This document shows positions 28,234-36,527 of a stretch of DNA of 64,000 nucleotides, in pieces. Both the position numbers and the translations under genes were made by a program. The stretch covers positions 13,323 through 77,322 of the forward strand of contig JBBQYS010000002.1 in assembly GCA_038208485.1 (NCBI GenBank), given 5' to 3'. The notes beneath the pieces are model-generated. The model had not been told where the DNA came from. It saw only the letters and a list, made by a program, of their open reading frames with translations, and did not search any database. This DNA is from Chitinophagales bacterium (lineage in GTDB: Bacteria; Bacteroidota; Bacteroidia; Chitinophagales; Chitinophagaceae). Each line of letters opens with the position of its first letter. The first letter of the stretch is position 1.

Positions 28234-28809
28234 ATGACTTCGTTAAAAGATAAAAAAGTAGCCATTCTTACTGAGAATGGATTTGAAGAAATAGAACTAA
28301 CCAGCCCTAAAAAAGCACTTGAAGATGCTGGCGCAACTGTACATATAGTTTCAAAGCAAAAGAAAGTAAAAGCCTGGGATACGGATCACTGGAGTATAGA
28401 ACTGGATGTGGATGCCGACCTGAATAACACTTCTCCGGAAGATTACAATGCGCTGATGATACCAGGTGGTGTAATAAACCCGGATAAAATGCGGGCTGAT
28501 AAAGATTATGTAGCATTTGCCCAACATTTCCTGGAGACAGGAAAGCCGCTGGCTTCAATCTGCCATGGTCCGCAACTATTGATAGAAACAGGAATGATTA
28601 GTGGTAGGGAGATGACTTCTTACCCATCAGTGAAAACTGATATCCAAAATGCAGGCGCAACCTGGTATGATAGAGAAGTAGTCTGTGATAATGGCCTGGT
28701 GACAAGCCGAAGCCCGGAAGACCTGGATGCATTTAATGATAAAATGATAGAAGAAATCGCCGAAGGAAGGCATGCAACAACTGGTGCTTTTTCGCCACAA
28801 GAGGCGTAG
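28234..28809 (+). CDS. DJ-1/PfpI family protein
   Basis: Nucleophile elbow ASICHGPQLL; 191 aa. Confidence 0.85.
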   Translation: MTSLKDKKVAILTENGFEEIELTSPKKALEDAGATVHIVSKQKKVKAWDTDHWSIELDVDADLNNTSPEDYNALMIPGGVINPDKMRADKDYVAFAQHFLETGKPLASICHGPQLLIETGMISGREMTSYPSVKTDIQNAGATWYDREVVCDNGLVTSRSPEDLDAFNDKMIEEIAEGRHATTGAFSPQEA

Positions 28810-28811
28810 GA

Positions 28812-28839
28812 GGGCAAAGTAAAAAGTAAAAAGTAAGAA
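28812..28839 (+). repeat. period-7 tandem repeat (GTAAAAA-type) between stop codon and terminator
   Basis: gggcaaa gtaaaaa gtaaaaa gtaagaa, starting 3 nt after TAG 28807-28809. Confidence 0.8.
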
Positions 28840-28840
28840 A

Positions 28841-28876
28841 AGGCTGTCTCAAAATTCTGAGGCAGCCTCTTTTTAT
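28841..28876 (+). terminator. rho-independent terminator
   Basis: AGGCTGTCTCA-AAATTC-TGAGGCAGCCT followed by CTTTTTATT; one G-U wobble in the stem. Confidence 0.85.
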
Positions 28877-28957
28877 TAGTATCCCTGATGGAGACATGTA
28901 GCCATTAATCCGATTTTCTGAAAGCAGAGTTTTGTTTTGAGTCATCCTCTTTTCACC

Positions 28958-29497
28958 TTAATTAGTAAAGGATTTTACATTAGGTATTTTTAAAATTTTT
29001 TCTGTTAAGTCAGTTTTTTCAGAAAGAATTTCTACGAATTTTGGAAATCCAATCATGAAAAGATGAATTTTTATTTTTGTACCATTCTTGTTTTTTAAAA
29101 CCAACATCCAGCTCATTGAGTTAAACTTTCCACTTTCAATTTCATTCCAGTTCACCGTAATTTCTTTGCTATATGCTTTGAAGACTTGTATTTTATTTTC
29201 ATCGAATACTACTTTATGAAAACGATATTCATTAATATAATAAATTCCAAACACTCCGAAAAATCCAAACATTATTGCGATTATTATATAAGCAGCTGCA
29301 TCCATACCATCTGCAAAAAAGCAGATCGAGGCTATCGTTACTCCAAGTAGAAATGAAACTACTCCTGTAATTAAATAAAATCGGTGCATAAGCAAGACAT
29401 ACTTTCCGTCTTTATCTATCTCCGGGTTTTTATTGGTAGCAATAGATAACGTGACAAGGACTAAAAGTATAAGTATGAAAATTAATGCCTGATCCAT
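28958..29497 (-). CDS. hypothetical membrane protein
   Basis: Three predicted TM helices, then a soluble ~80-aa C-terminal domain. Confidence 0.55.
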   Translation of the reverse strand: MDQALIFILILLVLVTLSIATNKNPEIDKDGKYVLLMHRFYLITGVVSFLLGVTIASICFFADGMDAAAYIIIAIMFGFFGVFGIYYINEYRFHKVVFDENKIQVFKAYSKEITVNWNEIESGKFNSMSWMLVLKNKNGTKIKIHLFMIGFPKFVEILSEKTDLTEKILKIPNVKSFTN

Positions 29498-29521
29498 AAA
29501 ATTTTTATTGTTGTTTAAAAT

Positions 29522-29896
29522 TTATTCCTCCTTTCTCCTCACCACTAAATACCAATCATTCTCCAATGGCAGGTATCCATGATCGTAACAGAAATAATAT
29601 ACCTGTCCTTTTTTGTTGGTGTAGCTGTGTGTACCATACTTAAACATAAATCCTTTTTGCAAAAGTTTTTCATGGTTTATTTTGCCCATTTCTTCTCCGG
29701 AAGGAATTACTGATTCCAGTATTCTCCTGTTCTTTCCCAAAGCATTATTTATGTTCCTTACCATGTTAGTGGTAGAGGCTTTCAGGCTATTGTTGTAATT
29801 ATTCCTGCAATAATCATCACAGAATTTTTTGTCGGATCTGCCTTTTACAGGTTTGCTGCAACTGAGGCAAAGTGTTGGGGTAATAAGCGTAGACAT
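29522..29896 (-). CDS. zinc-ribbon protein of unknown function
   Basis: Internal ATG 29896 gives MSTLITPTLCLSCSKPVKGRSDKKFCDDYCRNNYNN (CxxC...CxxxC). The upstream 40 codons of the track ORF read through repeat-rich promoter DNA. Confidence 0.6.
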   Translation of the reverse strand: MSTLITPTLCLSCSKPVKGRSDKKFCDDYCRNNYNNSLKASTTNMVRNINNALGKNRRILESVIPSGEEMGKINHEKLLQKGFMFKYGTHSYTNKKGQVYYFCYDHGYLPLENDWYLVVRRKEE

Positions 29897-30114
29897 AAGC
29901 TGGTTAAGGTTTACAGACGACAATATACAACTATTTATCAATGTACAACCGTTTACAAACGGATATATACAACTATAAACGAATAAGATACGAGTACCGC
30001 TTTTCGGCAGGGCCATCTTTGCATTGTCAATCGGTTGAAACGGCTGATGACTGAAATAAAGAAATCTTAACCGGCGAAATTCTTAAAACACGAATCAGCC
30101 ACAAAACGAAAATT

Positions 30115-30459
30115 ATGTACGCATTAAAAAACAAAGTTCAATTGATTGGTAACCTGGGCAGCGCACCAGAAGTAAGGACAACAGAAAATGGAAAAAAACT
30201 TGTTAGGTTTTCTGTAGCCACAAATGAAGTGTACAAAAACGCCTCAGGTGAAAAAGTAAAAGAGACCCAATGGCATAATATCATTGCCTGGGGTTCACTG
30301 GCAGACATTGCAGAAAAATACCTGACCAAGGGAAGTGAGATAGCCCTCGAAGGAAAATTGATGAACAGAAACTATACAGACAAGGAAGGGAACAAAAAAT
30401 ACATTACCGAGATACAAGCCAGTGAGTTATTGATGCTGGGTGCAAAATCTGTAGCCTGA
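30115..30459 (+). CDS. ssb: single-stranded DNA-binding protein, short form without acidic C-terminal tip (copy 1)
   Basis: OB-fold pattern NKVQLIGNLG..PEVR....G...VRFSVAT....WHNIIAWG..AE...KYLTKGS.IALEGKL..R.Y.DKEG. Ends ...LMLGAKSVA with no DDDIPF-type tail. Confidence 0.9.
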   Translation: MYALKNKVQLIGNLGSAPEVRTTENGKKLVRFSVATNEVYKNASGEKVKETQWHNIIAWGSLADIAEKYLTKGSEIALEGKLMNRNYTDKEGNKKYITEIQASELLMLGAKSVA

Positions 30460-30467
30460 TGAAGTCT

Positions 30468-30502
30468 CCGGAAATTGGAGGAGATATACTTTGCAATTTC
30501 CG
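30468..30502 (+). terminator. hairpin after ssb copy 1 (weak or partial terminator)
   Basis: CCGGAAATTG - 15 nt - CAATTTCCGG; no clean T-run. Confidence 0.4.
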
Positions 30503-30604
30503 GAATTCTACTAATTAAAAAAAAGCCGTTGCTTAAAAAACCACCTTTAAAAATATATTAATCGGCGAAATTCTTAAACACGAATCAGCCACAAAACGAA
30601 AATC

Positions 30605-30949
30605 ATGTACGCATTAAAAAACAAAGTTCAATTGATTGGTAACCTGGGCAGCGCACCAGAAGTAAGGACAACAGAAAATGGAAAAAAGCTGGTGAGGTTT
30701 TCTGTAGCCACAAATGAAGTGTACAAAAACGCCTCAGGCGAAAAAGTAAAAGAAACGCAATGGCACAATATCATTGCCTGGGGTTCACTGGCTGACATTG
30801 CAGAAAAATACCTGACTAAGGGAAGTGAGATAGCTCTTGAAGGAAAATTGATGAACAGAAACTATACAGACAAGGAAGGGAACAAAAAATACATAACCGA
30901 GATACAAGCAAGCGAGTTATTGATGCTTGGTGCAAAATCTGTAGCCTGA
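30605..30949 (+). CDS. ssb: single-stranded DNA-binding protein (copy 2, identical protein)
   Basis: The 114-aa product is identical to copy 1. The DNA differs at 15 third-codon positions. Confidence 0.9.
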   Translation: MYALKNKVQLIGNLGSAPEVRTTENGKKLVRFSVATNEVYKNASGEKVKETQWHNIIAWGSLADIAEKYLTKGSEIALEGKLMNRNYTDKEGNKKYITEIQASELLMLGAKSVA

Positions 30950-30962
30950 CACAACACTACGA

Positions 30963-30996
30963 AAAAACCGTTCCAAAACTATGGCGGTTTTTTCTT
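30963..30996 (+). terminator. rho-independent terminator after ssb copy 2
   Basis: AAAAACCGTTCCA-AAACTA-TGGCGGTTTTTTC (stem with a TT bulge, then a T-run). Confidence 0.6.
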
Positions 30997-31101
30997 TTCT
31001 TGTTCAATTACCGGTTCGGAAAATAATATGAACTTACCTTTATTGTAAAGCTTAATGATAATTGTAAATAGCTTTGACTTTAGCGAAAAAACTAGCATAC
31101 T

Positions 31102-33585
31102 ATGAGTGAAATGATGGCGATAGAGAGAAATGAAATGTTTGACCTTGCCTTTAAATTTGTTACAGAAACAAATGAAAATATTTTTCTGACTGGTAAAGCG
31201 GGTACAGGTAAAACGACTTTTCTAAAATACCTGCAAAATAATTGCGCCAAGAACATGATCATAGCTGCTCCTACGGGTGTCGCAGCCATAAATGCCGGCG
31301 GTGTAACGCTACATAGTTTGTTTCACCTGCCTTTTCATCCTTTTATTCCGAGTCAAAACGGAAAAAATGAATTGTTGGCTAAGCTGAGGTATAACAAACA
31401 GAAACAGGACCTGCTTCGCAAAATGGAAATCCTGGTAATAGATGAGATAAGTATGGTAAGGGCAGACGTGATGGATGAGATTGATACGATTCTGCGTAGT
31501 GTAAGGCGAAATCATGCTGAACCATTTGGTGGAGTACAATTATTATGTATTGGCGACCTGCATCAGCTGCCACCAGTTGCACAACATCATGAGTGGAGTA
31601 TTTTACAGGATTATTACAGCACACCTTTCTTCTTTGATAGCCTTGCGGTAAAAGAACAAATACCGTTGCTTATAGAACTTGACAAGATCTACAGACAAAA
31701 AGAGGATGTTTTTATCCGGCTCCTAAACAAAGTCAGGAACAACCAGATGGATCAAGACGATCTCGAGGATTTGAACATGCGTTTTGATCCATCATTCATA
31801 CCTGGCATAAATGAGGGTTATATCACGCTGACTTCTCATAATAAGCAAGCAGACCTCATTAACCAGGTTGAGCTGAATAAACTAACGGACGTTAGTTTTA
31901 TATATAAAGCAGAAATAGATGGCGATTTCCCCGAATCTGCATTTCCTGCTGAAAAAGAGCTGGAATTAAAAGCGGGTTCGCAGGTCATGTTCCTAAAGAA
32001 TGACGTAGTTCAAAAAAGGTATTTTAATGGGAAGATAGGAACAGTGAAATCACTAAATGATACGACCATTATAGTAACCTGTAATGGAACAGATATAACA
32101 GTAGCCAAAGAAACCTGGGAAAACAGCAGGTATAAACTGAATAGGGAAGATGGCAAACTGGAACAGGAAAACCTGGGTAATTTTATACAATACCCGCTTA
32201 GGCTTGCCTGGGCTATCACCATACACAAAAGTCAGGGCCTCACATTTGACCACTTGATGATAGATGCGAGTTCTTCGTTCAGCAGCGGACAGGTATATGT
32301 AGCGCTAAGCAGATGCACGAGCCTGGAGGGAATTAAATTGTTGACAAAAATTCCATCAACAGCCATAAAAAGCAATGACCTGATAGTGAAAGGTCAGCAG
32401 AACTTAAAACATAAAGGTTCCCTTGCAGAGCGATTTGAAGGTGCAAGACAATTATTTACCCAACAAATCATAGAACAGGTATTTGTGGCTGTACCAACTG
32501 TACAATCTTTACAAAACCTGGTCGCATTAATAAATTTTCATTTACCTAAGCTCAACCCAGCAGCTGCAGACTTTATCCGGGATCTTTCGCCTGCAATAAG
32601 TAAACTACAGGGAGTTGGAAAGAAATTTTATAACTCCATCTGTCTCTTATTAAAAGAGAATCCTTTGATCGAACAAAATACAGTCACTCAGCAAAGGATT
32701 AAGGATGCTGCAGTATGGTTTCTTCCAAATTGGCTAGAGGTTAATAAAATGATAGAGCAGAATCAAATCTCTACTGAGCTTCGTGAAACAGCCACGCCAA
32801 TAAATGAAGCGCTTGTTGAGCTGTATTTGATTGTTCACCAGCTTATTTACCAATTAGAATATTGTAAATCGGGCTTTGGGTTAAGTTCATTTCTCCACCA
32901 TAAGATACAATATGCTACGCCAAAAACTTCCTTAAACATATACGCTTCAGCCAAAAACAGGCAAGGGAATTCCTTGGAAGAAAATGAGTTATTGGATACT
33001 TTGTTCCGTTGGAGAGACCATGAAGTTCAGGATACCGGTCTGCCTATCTATATGGTTTGCAACCAGACTACATTAAAGGAGATCAGCGAATTCAGGCCTC
33101 TAAATAAAAAAGACCTTTTGAAGATAAAAGGCTTTGGTGGCGGAAAAGTAGCCAAGTATGGCGATGAGATACTGGAAATGGTGAGTGATTACTGCGAGAG
33201 AACGGGTTTGGAGACAAATATGAAAGCAATTGGGAAATCTAAGCAAGAAACTGTGAAAAGGGCAACAAAAGTCAAAACGCCAACTCATGTTATCAGTTAC
33301 CAGCTTTTCCAGGAAGGAAGATCTATCGATGAAATTGCCTTAGAAAGAAGTTTTGCTGCATCTACTATAGAAGGTCACTTGTTTAAATATGTTCAATTAG
33401 GTGAAATGAAGCTTGAGGACTTAATTGACCCGAAAAAAATAGAACTCGTGAAAACAGATTTCGAGAAATTTGGCCTCGAAGGTGGTTTTGTAAGTGCAAA
33501 AGACAGACTAGGTGAGGCTGTAAGTTTCAACGACCTTAGAATGGTAGTTACTTACCTGAAAGACAAAACAAAGCAAGACCAATAA
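31102..33585 (+). CDS. Pif1/RecD-like SF1B DNA helicase with C-terminal HRDC-like and HTH-like domains
   Basis: Walker A GKAGTGKTT, Walker B VIDEISMV, IHKSQGLTFD and VALSRC motifs. HRDC-like LKEISEFRPLNKKDLLKIKGFGGGKV; C-terminal HTH-like SIDEIALERSFAASTIEGHL. Confidence 0.8.
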   Translation: MSEMMAIERNEMFDLAFKFVTETNENIFLTGKAGTGKTTFLKYLQNNCAKNMIIAAPTGVAAINAGGVTLHSLFHLPFHPFIPSQNGKNELLAKLRYNKQKQDLLRKMEILVIDEISMVRADVMDEIDTILRSVRRNHAEPFGGVQLLCIGDLHQLPPVAQHHEWSILQDYYSTPFFFDSLAVKEQIPLLIELDKIYRQKEDVFIRLLNKVRNNQMDQDDLEDLNMRFDPSFIPGINEGYITLTSHNKQADLINQVELNKLTDVSFIYKAEIDGDFPESAFPAEKELELKAGSQVMFLKNDVVQKRYFNGKIGTVKSLNDTTIIVTCNGTDITVAKETWENSRYKLNREDGKLEQENLGNFIQYPLRLAWAITIHKSQGLTFDHLMIDASSSFSSGQVYVALSRCTSLEGIKLLTKIPSTAIKSNDLIVKGQQNLKHKGSLAERFEGARQLFTQQIIEQVFVAVPTVQSLQNLVALINFHLPKLNPAAADFIRDLSPAISKLQGVGKKFYNSICLLLKENPLIEQNTVTQQRIKDAAVWFLPNWLEVNKMIEQNQISTELRETATPINEALVELYLIVHQLIYQLEYCKSGFGLSSFLHHKIQYATPKTSLNIYASAKNRQGNSLEENELLDTLFRWRDHEVQDTGLPIYMVCNQTTLKEISEFRPLNKKDLLKIKGFGGGKVAKYGDEILEMVSDYCERTGLETNMKAIGKSKQETVKRATKVKTPTHVISYQLFQEGRSIDEIALERSFAASTIEGHLFKYVQLGEMKLEDLIDPKKIELVKTDFEKFGLEGGFVSAKDRLGEAVSFNDLRMVVTYLKDKTKQDQ

Positions 33586-33613
33586 ACATATTATATTATT
33601 ATATAGTATGTTT
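33584..33613. terminator. AT-rich hairpin shared by convergent helicase and mnmG genes
   Basis: AAACATATTATAT-TATT-ATATAGTATGTTT. The arms overlap both stop codons. Confidence 0.5.
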
Positions 33614-35477
33614 ATCTTCCCATATACACCATTAAAATCTGTACATCGCTTGGATTAACACCCGAAATTCTGCTTGCCTGGCCCAAGGTTCTGGGTTGGA
33701 TACGGTCAAACTTCTGCCTGGCTTCATTACTGAGTGAAGAAAGCTTTTGGTAATTGAAATCCTTGGGAATTATAAGTTCTTCCAATGATTTCATCTTTTC
33801 TACCAGGCTTTTTTCTTTTTCTATGTATGAATTGTATTTTAATTGAATCTCTGCCTGTTCAATGGCTTGTTTAGAAAATCCTCTAAGTTCCTTTAGAGAA
33901 GGGAGGTTTACAACCATGTCCGGAATAGTTATTCCGGGACGAAGTAGAAGCTGAGCGGCCTTTTGCTTTTCAATTAGCGGTGCTGAATCTAAATTGCTCA
34001 GCCAATCATTTGCTTCTGCTAAACCAATAGACGTGTTTGTAAGTATAACTTTGATCTTTTCAACCTCCTCCAGCTTTATTCTGAGTTTGCTCATGCGCTC
34101 TTGGGAAGCTAATCCAAGGCGATATCCTTTTTCGGTTAAACGGATATCAGCGTTATCCTGTCTGAGTAGAGTTCTATATTCTGCCCTGCTTGTAAACATG
34201 CGATACGGCTCATCTGTTCCTTTATTAATCAGGTCATCTATAAGAACCCCAATGTATGCTTCGCTTCTGCTTAAAATAAACGGATCTTCATTATTTATTT
34301 TTAAATGGGCGTTTATTCCTGCCATTAGTCCCTGGCAGGCAGCTTCTTCATATCCTGTAGTTCCATTGATCTGACCAGCAAAGAACAGGTTCTGTATTTT
34401 CTTTGTCTCTAATGTAGCCGTCAATTGAGTAGGGGGAAAGAAATCGTATTCAATTGCATATCCCGGTCGAAACAGTTTACAATTTTCAAAACCTGGGACC
34501 AACCTCAATGCCTTAATCTGAGTCTCTTCAGAAAGACTGGTCGAAAATCCGTTTACATATATCTCTACAGTGTTAAAACCCTCTGGCTCTACAAACAATT
34601 GGTGTCTCTCTCTATCTGCAAACCTGCTAATCTTATCTTCTATACTTGGACAATATCTTGGCCCCGAGCCCTTAATTCTTCCCTGGTACATTGGACTTTG
34701 TTCAAATCCTGTTCTTAAAAGTTCATGTACTGCAGAATTAGTATAAGTAATCCAGCAACTCTTTTGAGCGGCTGGCTTTATCTTTTCTACATCAAGAAAG
34801 CTAAATCCGACTATCTCTTCATCTCCATCCTGAGCTTCCATTTTACTGTAGTCAAGACTTCTTCCATCTAACCTTGGAGGTGTACCTGTTTTCAACCTTG
34901 CGCTTTCAAATCCTAATTCTACCAATTGCTCAGTAATTCCCGTAGCTGCTTTTTCTGCCACCCTTCCTCCTCCAAAACTCTTTTCTCCTATATGTATTAC
35001 ACCATTAAGGAAAGTTCCATTGGTCAAAACGACTGATTTTGAATGAATCACATTTCCCAATCCAGTAATCACCCCTTTAACTTTCCCATCTTCAATTACA
35101 AGACTGCTTACCATATCCTGGTAGAAATCTACATTTTCTGTTTGTTCAAGCATTTCTCTCCAGGTAATAGCAAATAGCATTCTATCACTTTGTGCCCTGG
35201 GACTCCACATTGCTGGCCCCTTACTTCTATTCAGCATTCTAAACTGCACCATAGACTTATCCGTTACTATTCCACTATATCCACCTATAGCATCTATTTC
35301 TCTTACTATTTGCCCTTTTGCTATGCCTCCCATGGCTGGATTGCAGCTCATTTGCGCAATTGTTTGCATATTCATGGTGATCAATAAGACCTTACTTCCC
35401 ATATTGGCAGCAGAAGCAGCAGCTTCACAACCTGCATGGCCTGCTCCCACTACAATTACATCATACTCTTTAAACAT
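33612..35477 (-). CDS. mnmG: tRNA uridine 5-carboxymethylaminomethyl modification enzyme MnmG (GidA)
   Basis: MFKEYDVIVVGAGHAGCEAA FAD motif and full-length GidA layout. ATG 35477 is preferred over the GTG at 35495. Confidence 0.95.
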   Translation of the reverse strand: MFKEYDVIVVGAGHAGCEAAASAANMGSKVLLITMNMQTIAQMSCNPAMGGIAKGQIVREIDAIGGYSGIVTDKSMVQFRMLNRSKGPAMWSPRAQSDRMLFAITWREMLEQTENVDFYQDMVSSLVIEDGKVKGVITGLGNVIHSKSVVLTNGTFLNGVIHIGEKSFGGGRVAEKAATGITEQLVELGFESARLKTGTPPRLDGRSLDYSKMEAQDGDEEIVGFSFLDVEKIKPAAQKSCWITYTNSAVHELLRTGFEQSPMYQGRIKGSGPRYCPSIEDKISRFADRERHQLFVEPEGFNTVEIYVNGFSTSLSEETQIKALRLVPGFENCKLFRPGYAIEYDFFPPTQLTATLETKKIQNLFFAGQINGTTGYEEAACQGLMAGINAHLKINNEDPFILSRSEAYIGVLIDDLINKGTDEPYRMFTSRAEYRTLLRQDNADIRLTEKGYRLGLASQERMSKLRIKLEEVEKIKVILTNTSIGLAEANDWLSNLDSAPLIEKQKAAQLLLRPGITIPDMVVNLPSLKELRGFSKQAIEQAEIQLKYNSYIEKEKSLVEKMKSLEELIIPKDFNYQKLSSLSNEARQKFDRIQPRTLGQASRISGVNPSDVQILMVYMGR

Positions 35478-35498
35478 AGATGTAAAAATACACACTAA

Positions 35499-35514
35499 TG
35501 TTCCACGTGAAACA
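35499..35514. other. parS: parS site (ParB/Spo0J binding), exact canonical 16-mer
   Basis: TGTTCCACGTGAAACA read directly, 22 nt upstream of the mnmG ATG. Confidence 0.8.
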
Positions 35515-35543
35515 TGAGACCCAAATTAGGAGAAAGTGATTGC

Positions 35544-35559
35544 TATTCCACGTGGAACA
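35544..35559. other. parS: parS-like site (2 deviations from consensus)
   Basis: TATTCCACGTGGAACA (minus strand TGTTCCACGTGGAATA). Confidence 0.6.
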
Positions 35560-35767
35560 TTAAGGTGCTGATATTGATTCTGGAGTAAAGGTGGTTTTAT
35601 GATTGGTTTTATGATTGAAGTTGATAGTAATTGTCTCCTTCAAGGTTAAAAAACAAAATGTCAAATTGGAAAAATTTATTGGAATGGGTTCAACGACTAA
35701 AGATGAATGGCAATCTGTTACTAAAACGTTAGTGTTTCAAATTGAATAGGGAAGCAATCTCTAGTGT

Positions 35768-35783
35768 TGTTCCACGTGGAACA
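35768..35783. other. parS: parS-like site, perfect 16-bp palindrome
   Basis: TGTTCCACGTGGAACA, directly abutting the ybeY stop codon (35784-35786). Confidence 0.7.
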
Positions 35784-36206
35784 TTATTCAGGAAAGTATT
35801 GAGCTAAATAAAAATCTTCTTTTGAACGCATTAATTCAATTTCTTTTGAAGCTTTATCGCCATAGCCGCATAGGTGTAAAACACCATGAAATATTACCCG
35901 ATGAAGTTCTTGGTCAAAAGAAGTTTTATAATGGGCACTATTGGATCGTACAACATCCGTACAAATAAGGATATCACCATCAATAATACTATCATTATCA
36001 CTAAGGTCAAAAGTAATAATGTCAGTCAGGTAGTTGTGAGCTAAATACTGTTTATTCGCATAAAGGATTTCATCAGAAGAACAAAACAAAAAATTCAAAT
36101 CACCAAGAACGTATTTCTCAGTGATGATCATTTCTTTTAGAAAAGATTTTAGTTTATTTCTATTTGATAACTCAAGGGAGGAAATCCCAGAAAAACTTAT
36201 GGCCAT
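35784..36206 (-). CDS. ybeY: rRNA maturation endoribonuclease YbeY
   Basis: Zinc motif HGVLHLCGYGD. The ATG at 36206 gives a typical ~140-aa protein; the track ORF extends to 36257. Confidence 0.85.
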   Translation of the reverse strand: MAISFSGISSLELSNRNKLKSFLKEMIITEKYVLGDLNFLFCSSDEILYANKQYLAHNYLTDIITFDLSDNDSIIDGDILICTDVVRSNSAHYKTSFDQELHRVIFHGVLHLCGYGDKASKEIELMRSKEDFYLAQYFPE

Positions 36207-36277
36207 TTGTTTCTGATTTCGGAATACAAATGTGACAGATTCTTTTAATTTTACCAATACTAATTAAGCAATGGAGT

Positions 36278-36502
36278 ATGTATAAGAAGTTATCAGAAAT
36301 TGAAATTGGTAAAAAGGTAATCATTCGTTCGTTTTTAAATGATGATATTTTTTTGAAATTAATGGAAATGGGCTGTGTACCTGGCGAAGAGATCTTTATA
36401 GAGAAGATTGCACCATTTAAAGACCCTATTTCTATAGTTGTTTCAGGATATAAATTAAGTCTCAGATTAGATGAGGCCGAGCATATTTTAGTAGAAGAAT
36501 AA
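36278..36502 (+). CDS. feoA: FeoA-domain protein
   Basis: 74-aa SH3-like FeoA pattern (IGKKVIIRSF...LMEMGCVPGEEIFIEKIAPFKDPISIVVSGYKLSLRLDEA). No feoB follows. Confidence 0.7.
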   Translation: MYKKLSEIEIGKKVIIRSFLNDDIFLKLMEMGCVPGEEIFIEKIAPFKDPISIVVSGYKLSLRLDEAEHILVEE

Positions 36503-36527
36503 TATATTAGAATTATATATAATATAT

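Noticed and set aside
29897-30016. 40-codon N-terminal extension of the zinc-ribbon ORF.
   Set aside because: It reads through the repeat-rich divergent promoter region (ATATACAACTA repeats). The internal ATG 29896 gives the conserved CxxC start.
28958-33585. Prophage, ICE or conjugative-transposon remnant around the ssb/helicase block.
   Set aside because: No integrase, relaxase, tra or capsid genes, no flanking tRNA and no obvious att repeats are visible. Only the weaker 'module of unclear role' claim is retained.
35478-35495. GTG-extended start of mnmG given by the track.
   Set aside because: ATG 35477 gives the canonical MFKEYDVIVVGAGHAG N-terminus. The extension adds MCIFTS and brings the start to within 3 nt of the first parS site.
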